From Paramecium tetraurelia (lineage: Eukaryota): a stretch of 64,000 nucleotides of DNA. Location: the NCBI GenBank assembly GCA_000165425.1, contig CT868046.1, positions 1-64,000 of the forward strand, read 5' to 3'. Below the pieces are notes generated by a model. The model ran no database searches, was not told where the DNA came from, and was given only the letters and a program-made list of their open reading frames with translations. Positions 28,192 to 40,165 of this stretch are shown here, in pieces; within the stretch, counting starts at the first letter, position 1, and each line of letters begins with the position of its first letter. A program made the position numbers and the translations under genes.

Positions 28192-29477
28192 ATGAAAGGA
28201 TGGTAGAATTATAAATTTATTTGTCAAAGAGTTAAATGCGATGATAGATAATTAGAATAAATTAATATTCTAGAAAACAATCCTTATTTAGTTGATAAAC
28301 AATAAGAAGATGAATTCATTTTACACAAAATTCCTTATAATGATTGCATTTCTTTAAATGATTTAATGGATGCAATAGTATATTTTTAATAATAATTTAG
28401 AAATCAAATTATGTAGTTATCTTTAAAGGATAAGTCATTTTAATTATCTAAGCTATTATTCAGCATTTATTTAAAATGGCTGAAAAAAAATTAACACATT
28501 CCTAATTGAATGCAAACAATATTTTTATTCAATTAAAACCAGAATCCAATAAATTTACTACTTATTAATCAATTATTTAAATTGATAAAATCTATTTCGT
28601 TTAATATTTAATAGTTTCTGAGCCTTAAAATCAAGACTTATCATTTAGAAGTGATTTAAAAGCAATATAAAAAATTATTATTCAATTTTTAGAAATCTAT
28701 TAAGATAATAACTTTACTAAAATAATAGAAGAAATAAAAAAAGTAAAAACTATCAATGATTTAAGATAATTTAAATAATTAAATGATATTCTTGATTAAT
28801 TCATAAATGAACATATTGATATTAATAATTAAATAATGAAAGCTAATGAACTTGAAAATTATAATAAAATTAATAAATAAAGATATCTTTGTGAAAAAGA
28901 ATTACTTATTTATTTAGAAGAGTTATTAAAAAATAAGATTAAATTTGAAGAGAATGTCTTTGGCGAAAATGGAAGTTAGATGTAAGAATAAAGTGATAAT
29001 CTTGAAGGATTAGAATATTTATAATAGTATATTTTATTTCATTTTTAACCTAATTTTGTGAAATAATTCTAAAATTACTATGGAGACAAACTCTAAAATA
29101 CTTATTTAATAAGGGGAATTACTAAACAATCATATAATGAATTTTTAACTTAAATAGAACCAGATAGAATAAGAGCAAATGCATCTTTTGATAGTGTCAT
29201 GAAAATGATTAAAAATTGTTTTTCAAGTTAAGATTAAATTAAATAGGAAATTCTTAAAGATTATAAATTTGATGTTGAAGATTTATCAAAAAAGGAAATT
29301 GTTGAATTGCTTTATAAATTTTATATTAAGCACTCATTAGGTTATGATTTGGCAAAATTGGAATAATTTGAAGAAGTTAATTCAAAAGTATTAAATGATA
29401 TTCAATAACATTTATAAGAACATTATTAAATGGCAATAACTTTTATGAATTTGAATTTATTAGATGATTTATTATGA
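28192..29477 (+). CDS. Pseudokinase-like protein, copy B (420 aa; 23-nt intron 28378-28400)
   Basis: MKGWQNYKF..; the intron GTATATTTTTAATAATAATTTAG restores the frame; contains LTHSQLNANNIFI; TGA at 29475-29477. Confidence 0.7.
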
Positions 29478-29503
29478 ATATCAACAAATTTATATGATTA
29501 CAT

Positions 29504-32500
29504 TCATTCCTGTATTTTTTTTTAATATATTTTATTTGGTAACCAATTAAAGAGCCAATTCATTAGATTATTTTTTTTTAGTATTTTTGACTCAGGTTAA
29601 CCTTAGCTAATAACTACTTGTCTATAAGAGTCGATGTAGATGATCGCCAAAATTCCGAATAGAAATTGATAAAGTATGAAGTAAAAGAATATCATAAAAA
29701 GCATAGAAAATGTTACATCTGTATCATAAAATTCCCCTATATTAGAACTATTACAAAGCATCAATATCAGTTATGCCAAAGATCTAGCAAATACGCTATA
29801 GTTTACAAAATATGGTCCCTTTTAATTTGTCAGAATAATAGCAAATCCAGACAAAATAAGAAAAAGTAATGTGAAGCTGGACAATAATTACAAATATTAA
29901 GATTCAATAGCTTCAATGGCTTATTCTAAACTTTTAAAGATATTAAACATCAGGTATATTCTGATTAAATGGGCACAAATACATAATGAAGTCATAACAA
30001 GGATACTTTTATAACTATCTGCAACCTCCCCTAAGTCAATATAAGAGGTTTTTTACACAAGATCATAAACATTAATGTTTTATTTGAATAACTACATTGC
30101 TTAATCTGCAGTTGAAAAGTTGAGTATCAAAGACATGGAATTGACAAGGAAAACAACAGATATAAAATATTTGATTCCTGAGGAAAGGGAGTCCTTCATT
30201 TTGATCAATTAAAATACAGTATAAATGATTCCAACAATAATTTTAAGTACTGTAATCATATATAAAATGTATCCAATATTTTTGTTATTAGGACTATCAG
30301 GTGATTCAGAATGCATTTCAGCATAAATAGAATAAGGTGAAGATGATCCTTTACCAAAAATATTGGGTGAAAATGGCGTAATGGAGGGTTATTTTGGATA
30401 AATACCAATTCCAGTGACTTCTACAAGGAATTCAATAAACACAAACATTCCATCGTTTTTACTCCTAACTGTCATAGTCATAACTTAGGCAATTAGAGTT
30501 TCTTGAAAATAGAAGGGATGATTAAACATTCCTTCTATGATATTATGAATATAATAGACAGGGGTTAAATCTTATGCGCTGATATCCTAAATATATCCAC
30601 TTGAATCATATTCACTAAATTATCCTTCGGTAATCCTATCATTTTTAGAGTCTGTAAAAAGCATCCAGGGTTTTTTACCATCACCAATTTAATCAGTAAA
30701 GAAGGTTTAGTCATTATATGTTTCAAAATTGCAAGTAATTTAAGGGATTTTATCAGTTCTTATGGGATTCGGACATTAAGTATATCGAGTTCTTAATTGA
30801 CGAAATCTCAAGGCTCCGATTATTTCATAGGATGTCTTAAAATCTGAATTATCAGAAGTAAATTGATACATGAGACCTTATGGATTAGTGTAATATTCTT
30901 TGAGATCAGAAATTGAGGAGATAGCAAGAAATTTATTTAAGTTTAAGCTGTTTTCTATTTTTTTGATGTGCTATTATGTATATGCTCCATTATCTAAAAA
31001 GTAGATAAATAATATATTCAAAGCCATTAATATGATCAAAATGAAGAGAATGCAGATATGATTATCGTCTAATTTTTCACCTTTCAATTCTTCTGCTTGA
31101 TTTTTCTCCGCACTTCTACCTCTTTTTTTGAGTTTATCTACATCAATAACGAATTGCTTTTTTAACAAAGAAAATCTATTAAAGAAATAGACGTATTTTC
31201 TAAATAATCCAATTTTGAGATCTTATTAATCGTGTTCTTATTGTTCTTCATATTCATCTTCATTTTCATCAATTTATGTTAATGGTTTTTCTTCACTTAC
31301 CTTAGAACCATCAAATGTAACGTTGGCACTTTAATGAGGATGACTAAGTTGACTCTTTTCAGGTTGTGCATTGCTTGTAATATGTGATTATCTTGATTCT
31401 GTAGGTTGACCTCTTCGATGAGTTTTCATTCTTTTTTTTTTCAATGTCACAGATAGATACGATATATTTTAATCCGCTAACACTTTGTTATAATAACGCT
31501 CAATCAATTCTGTGTTTTGTATATTCTCTTGATTATCATTGACAATTTCATATCTATTACAAAACTTTTCTAACATGATCTGATCATTATTTCCGCATTC
31601 CTAAACATATTCAACTTGGGGAGAAACTAAGTTCCTAGTAGTTGTTTAGATAGATCCTGGACTTACTAACCCTGGTTATTATTTCTGCAATATATCGTCT
31701 ATCTATTCTACTGCTTAAGAATCTGGCTATTAATTTACTTTGGATTTTGTGGGCTAATCATTACAACTGGTCTGACCTGCATCATAATGCATCTCTTTCC
31801 TCACCTATTCTATATTGTAAATATTCCAATAAACTAATGATGCTTTTTTTAGATCTTGAAAACTGTTTATTTTAGAATATCTAAAAGTTGCGGTCACGTA
31901 ATCTACGTTATCATCCTAAAATTTAACATCCTTTGATAGCAAGTTTTTTGGACATTTTACTTAGATGGCACAAGTCATAGGAGGTGGCTAATATTAGTTA
32001 TCACTTTCAATATTATTTTATTCAGGAAATTCTTCCTAAACGCATTCTTCAAGGTATCTGAAGTATTTGTCAATATGATAACCAAATTTCTCTAAAACTT
32101 ACTTTGAAATTGATCTAAAAAATTCCCTCACACGATTCTTATCTAAAATTTCCTATTAAGGTGCTTCAGCTTCCATCATTTCAATTTACTTTGAAACATA
32201 CATAGTCATATTATTGAGATTTTTTTAACTATCCTATACTTCTCTTTCAAGAAATGTGTTCCTTGTCTCTTTTGCGTCTAATTCTTATTATAACTCATTC
32301 ATCTTGCTGTTCAGCTCCATTATTCTAGAACGAAGTTTTCTAGCTTTGCTTTCTGGATCAATTTCCATAAAGATGTAATTTTAATTTGAAAATGACTACT
32401 TTTTATTATAAAATTTAGTATTTTTAAACTTCTATTAAGAACCTTTGTTCTTATTTTAACATATTATCTCGAATAATGAATGAATGTTATTGAGATGACT

Positions 32501-32605
32501 TTGGTTTTAATTAAATTTAAGTCTATGAGCACATGAGTATGATTCGTTTTTGTAATTTAATTCATATTCATATATATTCGAAATGAATTAAGTAGATAAT
32601 GCCAT
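29504..32605 (-). CDS. Polycystin-2 (PKD2/TRPP)-like cation channel with long N-terminal cytoplasmic region
   Basis: Polycystin-domain motif EIIGALRFRQLR; S5-pore-S6 SFTLLFLILSGFAII..FARSLAQLILML..FMIFFYFILYQFLFGILAIIYIDSYRQV. Start may be 32605 or 32368. Confidence 0.8.
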
Positions 32606-32659
32606 TAGAGTAGCATAGAATTAATCTAAAATATAACTAAATAATAAACATATAGATAA

Positions 32660-33724
32660 TCATAAAATATGATTTGGAATTAAATCGGGTAGAGTGGTCA
32701 ATCTCAATCTTGATGAATATTTATTAATGAATGGTTTGATGTAGAGTTCCTTAATTGTTTTTTCAGATTTTTTATATGTGCTTCTTTCTGTAGAAAGGGC
32801 TGGCTCTTATTTGTATTACTAAGTCTGTATTTAAGGAAGTTATGATTTAAATGGTTTGATAGATTTGTAAGCATTTCTCGATAAAAGATGATATGATAAT
32901 GACGAAAACTATTTATTGATTAATTTGCTTTTTTCACTGCTGATAATTTCTTTTTATTTGACTAAAAATGATTCAAAAAAACTAGGTTTTTTAGTTGGTG
33001 TTCTTTCAAGAAGTTTTGAAGAATTAATTTGAAAAGGATCTTCTTATTTAATGACATCCAGTAGTCGAGTATTTTTTTTCTCAATTTTGATTGTATTTTA
33101 TCTGACAAAGGAGGATTCCAACGATTCAGTAGGTATTTCTATACCAAATAGATATGGTGCCATAACATAAATTTAATGTTTACGAATGGATCTTTAAAAT
33201 TTATGCATTGGTGATTCCCGTTCTTTCTCTATATGCTGTACTCTGAATTCATGATTCATGCATTATTTCTGGAATCTGCTTAAAGGACCACAAAATTGGC
33301 ACTCGCAACTTCTTCTCCTTTGTTTAAATTACTCCTTATTCTACTGCTTGTATTACTTATCAAGGTCCTTATCACTCAGAATCAAAGCTCTAGGTTTTCG
33401 AAGTTGTTTTTGTGATCCGATGGAAGATTAGGTGTTAAGAATGGACTATTTCTTATTCATTCCCTTAGTTTCTATATATTTAAAGGGATTAAATGAGGAT
33501 GGAATAGAACGAGATCGAAGTTTTGTTTTGACATTAATGTTTATGAGTTTGACATTCTTTTGTTGAAATGATAATTTAAGCTTATTAGACTTAATTGATT
33601 ATGGACTCTATTTGGCTAGAATCCTTTTTTATTGCGCACTTTGCATCTATTCGATATCAAACAGTTAATGCTTTTGTATAAAAATTATTGATTTCAACAT
33701 TTACTACTTTTAAAGAAATGCCAT
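32660..33724 (-). CDS. Hypothetical low-complexity basic protein (~354 aa)
   Basis: Open code-6 frame ending LRLTTLPDLIPNHIL*. Confidence 0.55.
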
Positions 33725-33899
33725 AAAATAATTAATATTTTAATAAATAATATTATTGCTGGTTCTCACATAAATCAATGAATCATTATGAGATTTACAG
33801 TCTTCTGAAATTACATAAGAATTAATAACTTCAATTATAAATATTCAAAGATCATCTTGTAATTTTATATCTATTAATTTTAATTCATTTTATAACTAC

Positions 33900-35520
33900 T
33901 TAAGTATTGATAAAGTGTAATTTACTCTACTAAAAATGTATATCAGTTTAGAATGTAATCATCAACTAAAATGATAAAATAAACTTTATAGAAACCCTAT
34001 TCTGGAGGTTAGCCCACTTTTTCATTGAATTATCGTAAAAAATACTATTATTATGGATGATTTTGGTTATTTTAATTTGCTCAATCGTCAATATAATAAA
34101 GTTCTAAAAATTGATATGATTTCATAAATAATGAATTTTAACTATGAAAATTGATCTAATTATGCACTACTTTAAGTGAGAGACTTAGACTGCCATATTC
34201 GCTAATAATGTAGATGTTTTTATTAATTTTCTTATTTTATCATACTTCATCACTATAAAAAGGATATCAAAAATATTTTAAATCTATAAATAGCGTTAAT
34301 CATTAGTTTATAATGACATATTTCACTGTTCCAATTTTGTCTCCTTTTGCACACCATTGGCTGATTAATTAGAATTTTTCTTATTTGCAAATATTTGATA
34401 ATTAAGAATGTTCCCAATAAATTTAAATATTATTCACTATGTAGCTGTTTTTGTCCTCGTTACTTCAAACTCATAAACTTTATTTTATATCACCAAAATT
34501 GAGTTTTAGAGATCACATCATGAACCAATCCAAACAAATTAAATTTCTGATTACATCAAGATAAAGCAACTTTGGGGCCTATTTAGCCAACCCCTCTAAA
34601 AGTAAAAATTTAATTAAGTTATTTTACTATACTTATTGCTAATATGCTATATTAAAGTTAATTTATTAAATTATAATTATCAATAATGATGATAATTTTT
34701 TGATTTACAAAAGTAGATATCTAGAGAAGATCATATATGAATTTTATATTATTGATAAATATCAAGATATTACTCATTTTTTATGGATTTGGATCTCAAT
34801 TTTATGTTTCCACTAACATCAATATAAACATTCCACATTAAGATGCCTTATTTGCACCCCATCTAAAATGGTATAATTGCAACTAGTTATGATTAAACCT
34901 TTTTGTGTTTGGACTTTTAAATATGAACTACTAAATGCTAATGACATGTATAATTTTGTAGCGTTAATTAAAACTGATAAAATATTGAACTTATTTTAAT
35001 ATTTAATTCTTAATATCAATAGTTGCCTTTAAGTGATTAATTTTTTGGTATTATGTGTAATCTAAAATTTTGACATAAAGTTATCCCAACAAATTCAATA
35101 AATCTTACTTTTCAAAGTGGGTCCTATATTATATGTATATACACCAAATAAAATAAAATAAAGTTGATAAATTTTAAGTTTAGGTACTTATTTATAAATT
35201 TCTATCAGTGCTTAGCAATAACAACTAAAAAAACTTATTGAGAATTTAAATTTAGGAGGTAGGAGAATATTTTAATAAATTTTTTTTCAAATTAGAGAGA
35301 GGAATTAATAAAATCATCTTGTTTAGAATACTAAATAGTCTGTGGTTTTGTAAAACCATCTATCTACATATCTAATGTTAGAATAGACGATGAAAAATAA
35401 CCGATATTGTTATACTAATATTTGTAATTTTTAACATTAAAGCATGGCTCATTATTACTTAGTAATTGTAGATATAATCTGAATCAAACCAAATAATTGA
35501 TATAGGTATTGATCCTTCTA
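33900..35520 (-). pseudogene. Possible decayed GH31 alpha-glucosidase
   Basis: Remnants GSIPISIIWFDSDYIYNY (~35462-35516; cf. IPxDxIWxDIDYM), FRGVG (~34595) and KFNLFG (~34535) occur in GH31 order, with many stops and frameshifts. Confidence 0.3.
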
Positions 35521-35611
35521 TGAAAAAAAAATATGTTTTTTGAATTTATGAGAGAATTATTGTCTAAAAAAGAACAAAAAAATCAAATATTAATATACAC
35601 CTCAACAATTG

Positions 35612-36123
35612 TCATGGCATCTCAATCTCGCCGAATTCAAGCAATCTTTTTTCGTATATGGCATATTGTTAATCATCTACAAATAATTAGTAATCCATGT
35701 ATTCTAAATATTCTTACTCTAAAACATTTATTTCTTTGACATTTATTCCTCCTACCTTAGCATAAAACTCATTTTTGTAATAATCATCATCCTAAAACTT
35801 GATAGCCGTCATAATTGACAATAAAAGAAACCTGTAAATGAGTTTTATAAAATAGATATATACCTATGAATGCAATGGGAATTCAATACAAGATATGTAT
35901 GTTTCTCTTACAACCTATCTAAGTATATTAGGGCAATAACAAAGCATTATTCACTACAATGTGTGTATTTAGCTATTCTTTGCAAGTAATTGTAGATTGT
36001 AATTGAAGGAGCTTTATTTGCATGAAAAATAGAGTTATACTCTATCTCAAGTGCATCTGTTTCTTTGATTATTTCATCTAAAATGTTTGAGATTGTCAAG
36101 AGTAGAGGATTTGATTGCTACAT
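35612..36123 (-). CDS. PHO80/P-type (U-type) cyclin
   Basis: [40 protein letters not shown] and KFQDDDYYKNEFYAKVGGINVKEINVLE; one intron. Confidence 0.9.
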
Positions 36124-36382
36124 TAATTTATAAATAATAATATTAAAACTATATCCATTTGAGATCAAGGAATAAGCAAAGCAGAACATAATTAAATATG
36201 CCAATAGCAGTCTTGCTTTATATCGACAGCCTTTTTCCCTTTATTAAACGATTTCATAGATAGATAGCTAATAGAGTGAGAATCAAATAAAATTACAAAA
36301 TATAAATAATTATTGAATATATTAGAGGATTATTTGTTAATAATTATATTAGCCTTTAATTTTATAAATATTATAACATTAA

Positions 36383-37640
36383 ATGTCCAATTAAATATTA
36401 GAAGAGGATCTTAATTAATCTCTAAGATTAATAGTAGAAGGTAATCAAAAGTTGAATCTTAGGCAGGGAGAACTTTTAAAAGGCAACCAACTATGAGATG
36501 AAGTAACTAAACTATTCTAAGATGAAAAAAGGGTGTGGAGAACTCTTAAATTATATAAGAAATGAAAAGGATGAGAATTTAAAAATGATAATGAGCTAAT
36601 AGTTAAAAAGATATATAGATGAGTTAAGCAACTTCTCTGAGGCAATGAAAAAAAATCAATAAACTGATGAAGTTGAAGTTGTTTAAGTTAAAAAATAAGA
36701 ACTCCTATATACTCAAGACTCAAACAAAGACATTTAATTATATAATGCATAATATGCTAAATATGTTGAAATTCATCAACCTACTTAAAATAATAATACT
36801 AATATAGTAGGGTTGGAATCACAAAAATAGATATTAAACGAGCGTATTGCATTGCCGTTATTATTTCCCTAGTTGTTTTAAGGAAAGAGAAAATTACAAA
36901 CGTCGACATTATTATTTGGAGTAAATATTCTACATTAACAATTAGCCTAGAGGAACAGGAAAAACTGAATTATTAAGATAGATTGCTTCAGAATGCAAGG
37001 CACTTCTAATAATAGTCAATATATCGATGATCATTGAGGTGGAGGAATAAAATACCGTATAAGAATTAATGAATCAAATAGAATAATAAACGAAAAATAG
37101 ATCTTTTATAATTGTGCTTAAATAACTAGAAGAATGTAAAAATAGAGAAACATTGATTAAATTTTTTGAAAAATATAATCTTATAAACTTAGTAGAAAAT
37201 GATAGATTAGCATCAAATGTGATTGGATGTACTAACTAACCATGGAACATTCATCATTCAATCCGAAGGATGTAAAGAATAATTAATAAAGAATAGCTTC
37301 GAGAATAGAATAGAAATCACTTTGATGACAGAAAAATAAAGATTAGAATTCATCAATTAAAAATTGTTCTAAAATAAGCAATACTGGATGAAAAATGAGG
37401 AAATAGCAGAATTAGCCAAAAATACTAAGTAATTTGCAGGTTTGGATCTTAAGAAGTTGTTTATAACGGCTGTATAGTTATACGAGTAAAAGTAATAAGC
37501 AAAAAATGATGTAAGATTTCTACTTATGAAAGGAAGATTTCTATGATTGTATTTTAGATGTACTTTAAGTTTAAAAGAGTTCTGTATCAGATTCTGAAAT
37601 CTAATAATTTACATAATGGAGATAAGAATTTTGCATTTGA
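36383..37640 (+). CDS. Divergent VPS4-like AAA protein (Walker A intact, Walker B degenerate)
   Basis: IVGLESQKQILNERIALPLLFPQLFQGKR, LLFG|intron|PRGTGKT, FIIVLKQLEE and IGCTNQPWNIHHSIRR. A 22-nt intron near 36441 removes an early TGA. Confidence 0.75.
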
Positions 37641-37673
37641 CTAGATTATAATAATTAAACAAATTAATATCAA

Positions 37674-40033
37674 TCATATCTTAATTTATAGTAATTTTAT
37701 TATTGCATTAATATTGGAAAAGAAGGTATTTTAAAATGAGGTGGTTATAATTTTAAATTAAACACTTTTGGTTTAACAAATGAACCATTCTGTTGTGGTT
37801 ACTAATTTTAAAAATTTTATTATTAAGATTAGAAAAAGGATGATTGTTATTGTTATTACTAAATTTAAGAGAATTGATTAAAAGCTTGAATCATTTCTTT
37901 TTTAGCTTCTTAATCACTTTCACTTGATTTTAATTTGCTTTTATTTGATTTGCGGATTGAAAACTTTCTTGTCATTTAAGCAGAAGATTTTAATTATTAT
38001 TAAGATGAAATTTGTAATACTTATTAGGTGTTTGGTTATGATAAAGGAGAAGTATCAGGAAAACTGATTCTTTTATAGTTAAAAAAGTCTGCTATTTGCA
38101 ATTCTTGGTGTTATTTAGTTGATTTCATTGTGTAAAAGGAAGGAGGCCTTTTAAATCTATCGATGTTCTCCTAAAACTTACTAGTATTTTATTAGTCTTC
38201 AGAAGCAATTTCATTATCATCTCTATCCTATATTTTCAGTTCTAGAGGTTGTTATTGAGGTAATTCAGTCATAGATTTTTAAGGGTTTGAAAATACTTTG
38301 CTATATATTATGATTCAATAATACTTAATTAAATTTTGTTTATTTTCCTTTTTGATTGTTATGTTCTTATATAAACTCTTTCTGTTTGATGATTTAGAGG
38401 GATCCAATTTGTTTCTAGAATCAACAGAGCCTTAAACAGTGATGGAGTGCTATATCTATCTTTACTATATTAGTTTCTCTCTCTCAGTAAAATTATCTTT
38501 TTTAATATTCCTACGGATATCTATAGATACATATATTATTCTAAATTACTTGCTCCAGTCCATTCTTCATATAGTTTTTATGCATGCTATAGATAATCTT
38601 CATAAGACTTGTCACTAGGATAAATCTTTTCAAAATTCCCCAAATGTTAGGACTCATATTATTCTCTTTCTATTTATGCTTAAATTTTGAGTGATTTCTT
38701 TTCTTCATTTGAAATTTTAGGTTTCTTTCCAAGTACTCTTCGTTGCATCTACTCTTTTTACAATTACTAAAGGTCATTTTTAACTTTTAAATTGATATTC
38801 ATCAGTGTAATAGTGTCTCTAATTAGATTCTTTTTGATTATAGCATCAAGAGGAGTGTCTGCAGTGAAACTTGGTGTATGATTCACTTCTAATAGATAAG
38901 GTTTATATGTATTATCAAGAAGGATATCGAATCCCAGAATCTCAAAGCACATATTGTTAGCATGATTATCAGGTTGAGTGTAATTAGATTGTAGAAAAGG
39001 TTGAACTGAACAAAACGTTTTTATAATTAAATCCTTAATTTTTGCCATTAATTCATCAATATTTGTTTATTAGGATAATAATTTAAACACGCTAGATAGA
39101 CTTCTTTTATGTCCCACATCCATTTATTATTCATCTGTATTGAATACAAAATTAGGATTGTCTTTATTAATCGCATAATTGGTCAAATGCATACACATTT
39201 CTTCAGCATTCATCTGATTGGGCTATTAGTATGGTTGTGTAGCAAATCTTGCTAATCCTTCTTTAAACAGGTATATTCTAATGTAGACTACATATATATT
39301 ACCTCAGTGGATCACAACCTGCCAATAACACATACATACGAAAATCAAATTTTAAACCATCTATTAGCAACGGTTTATGTAGATATCTTTGTACTACACA
39401 ATGTTCGGATGCTATTGACTCAACTTACTTTGTTAAGAATATGCCTTTAATAAAAACCAAGAATCATACCTCTTCCTTAACAGGATGCCTCTGGTTTTAC
39501 AATAAAGTATTTTATTTTTTTAATATTTTGCCTAAGATCTGAGATATCAGATGGTAGCATCCAAGTTTTTGGATAAAAGTCAAACTCATCTGGAAATTAT
39601 TTAGCCATTTTATTTAAATTCTTGCCTAAATAGTTCTTTCTAGCTATGCAGTACATGCCTGGGAAATGATTAATCCTCTAATGACCTATTTTAAATAAAT
39701 ATATATAATACTTTACATTCTCGCCAGAGTTTCAGGTAGCACTGCATTATCAGTCCAACAGAAATCCCAGACTTAGGTTTCTTAGTATGGAGTGTATTGT
39801 AATTTAAATTTATTCAAGATTTTGCCTACAAATTTAACAGCAGCGTATTAAGTGTCCGATACATTCATTATTAATAATTTGTTATTGTTAACTAACTATC
39901 TTCTTTTTCTCCTTCTTCTATTTTACAATCCATCATCTTCGGAGTCTTCTTCAGAAAGTTCGTCTGATTCCTCCTCGCTATCTTCGAATTGCCCATTAAA
40001 TGGTATTTCATTTTTGTCACTTTAATATAACAT
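37674..40033 (-). CDS. Tubulin polyglutamylase, TTLL6/13-like
   Basis: INHFPGMYCIARKN, FIVKPEASCQG, KFDFRMYVL, EGLARFAT, MHLTNYAINK and CFEILGFDILLD..LLEVNHTPSF. Confidence 0.93.
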
Positions 40034-40165
40034 GCTTAATTAATTTTATAATTAGAAAAAACTTTGATATCGTGGATTTGATTAAAAACAGCTAATTGAG
40101 CGAGATTTAATTAAAGTTATTTTATATTTATTATGTGTAATCTATTGAAATAAAGAAATCTTAAA

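Larger units (their letters stand above)
22858..29477. repeat. Long inverted repeat: arms 22858-24143 and 28192-29477 (1286 bp each), ~4.05 kb spacer
   Basis: The reverse complement of the left arm matches the right arm collinearly, with the same length and the same intron sequence. Similarity ends within ~10-20 nt outside the CDS. Confidence 0.95.

Noticed and set aside
28484..28510. Apparent frameshift at an A8 run (pseudogene or programmed frameshift) in both pseudokinase copies
   Set aside because: Splicing the 23-nt intron at 28378-28400 (23935-23957 in copy A) restores one open frame.
22858..29477. Inverted arms as terminal inverted repeats of a DNA transposon
   Set aside because: The arms coincide with intron-containing coding sequences and stop at the CDS ends. 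No DDE transposase or target-site duplication was seen.
36494..36496. In-frame TGA early in the second AAA gene (pseudogene or selenocysteine)
   Set aside because: It is out of frame once the 22-nt intron starting at ~36441 is removed.
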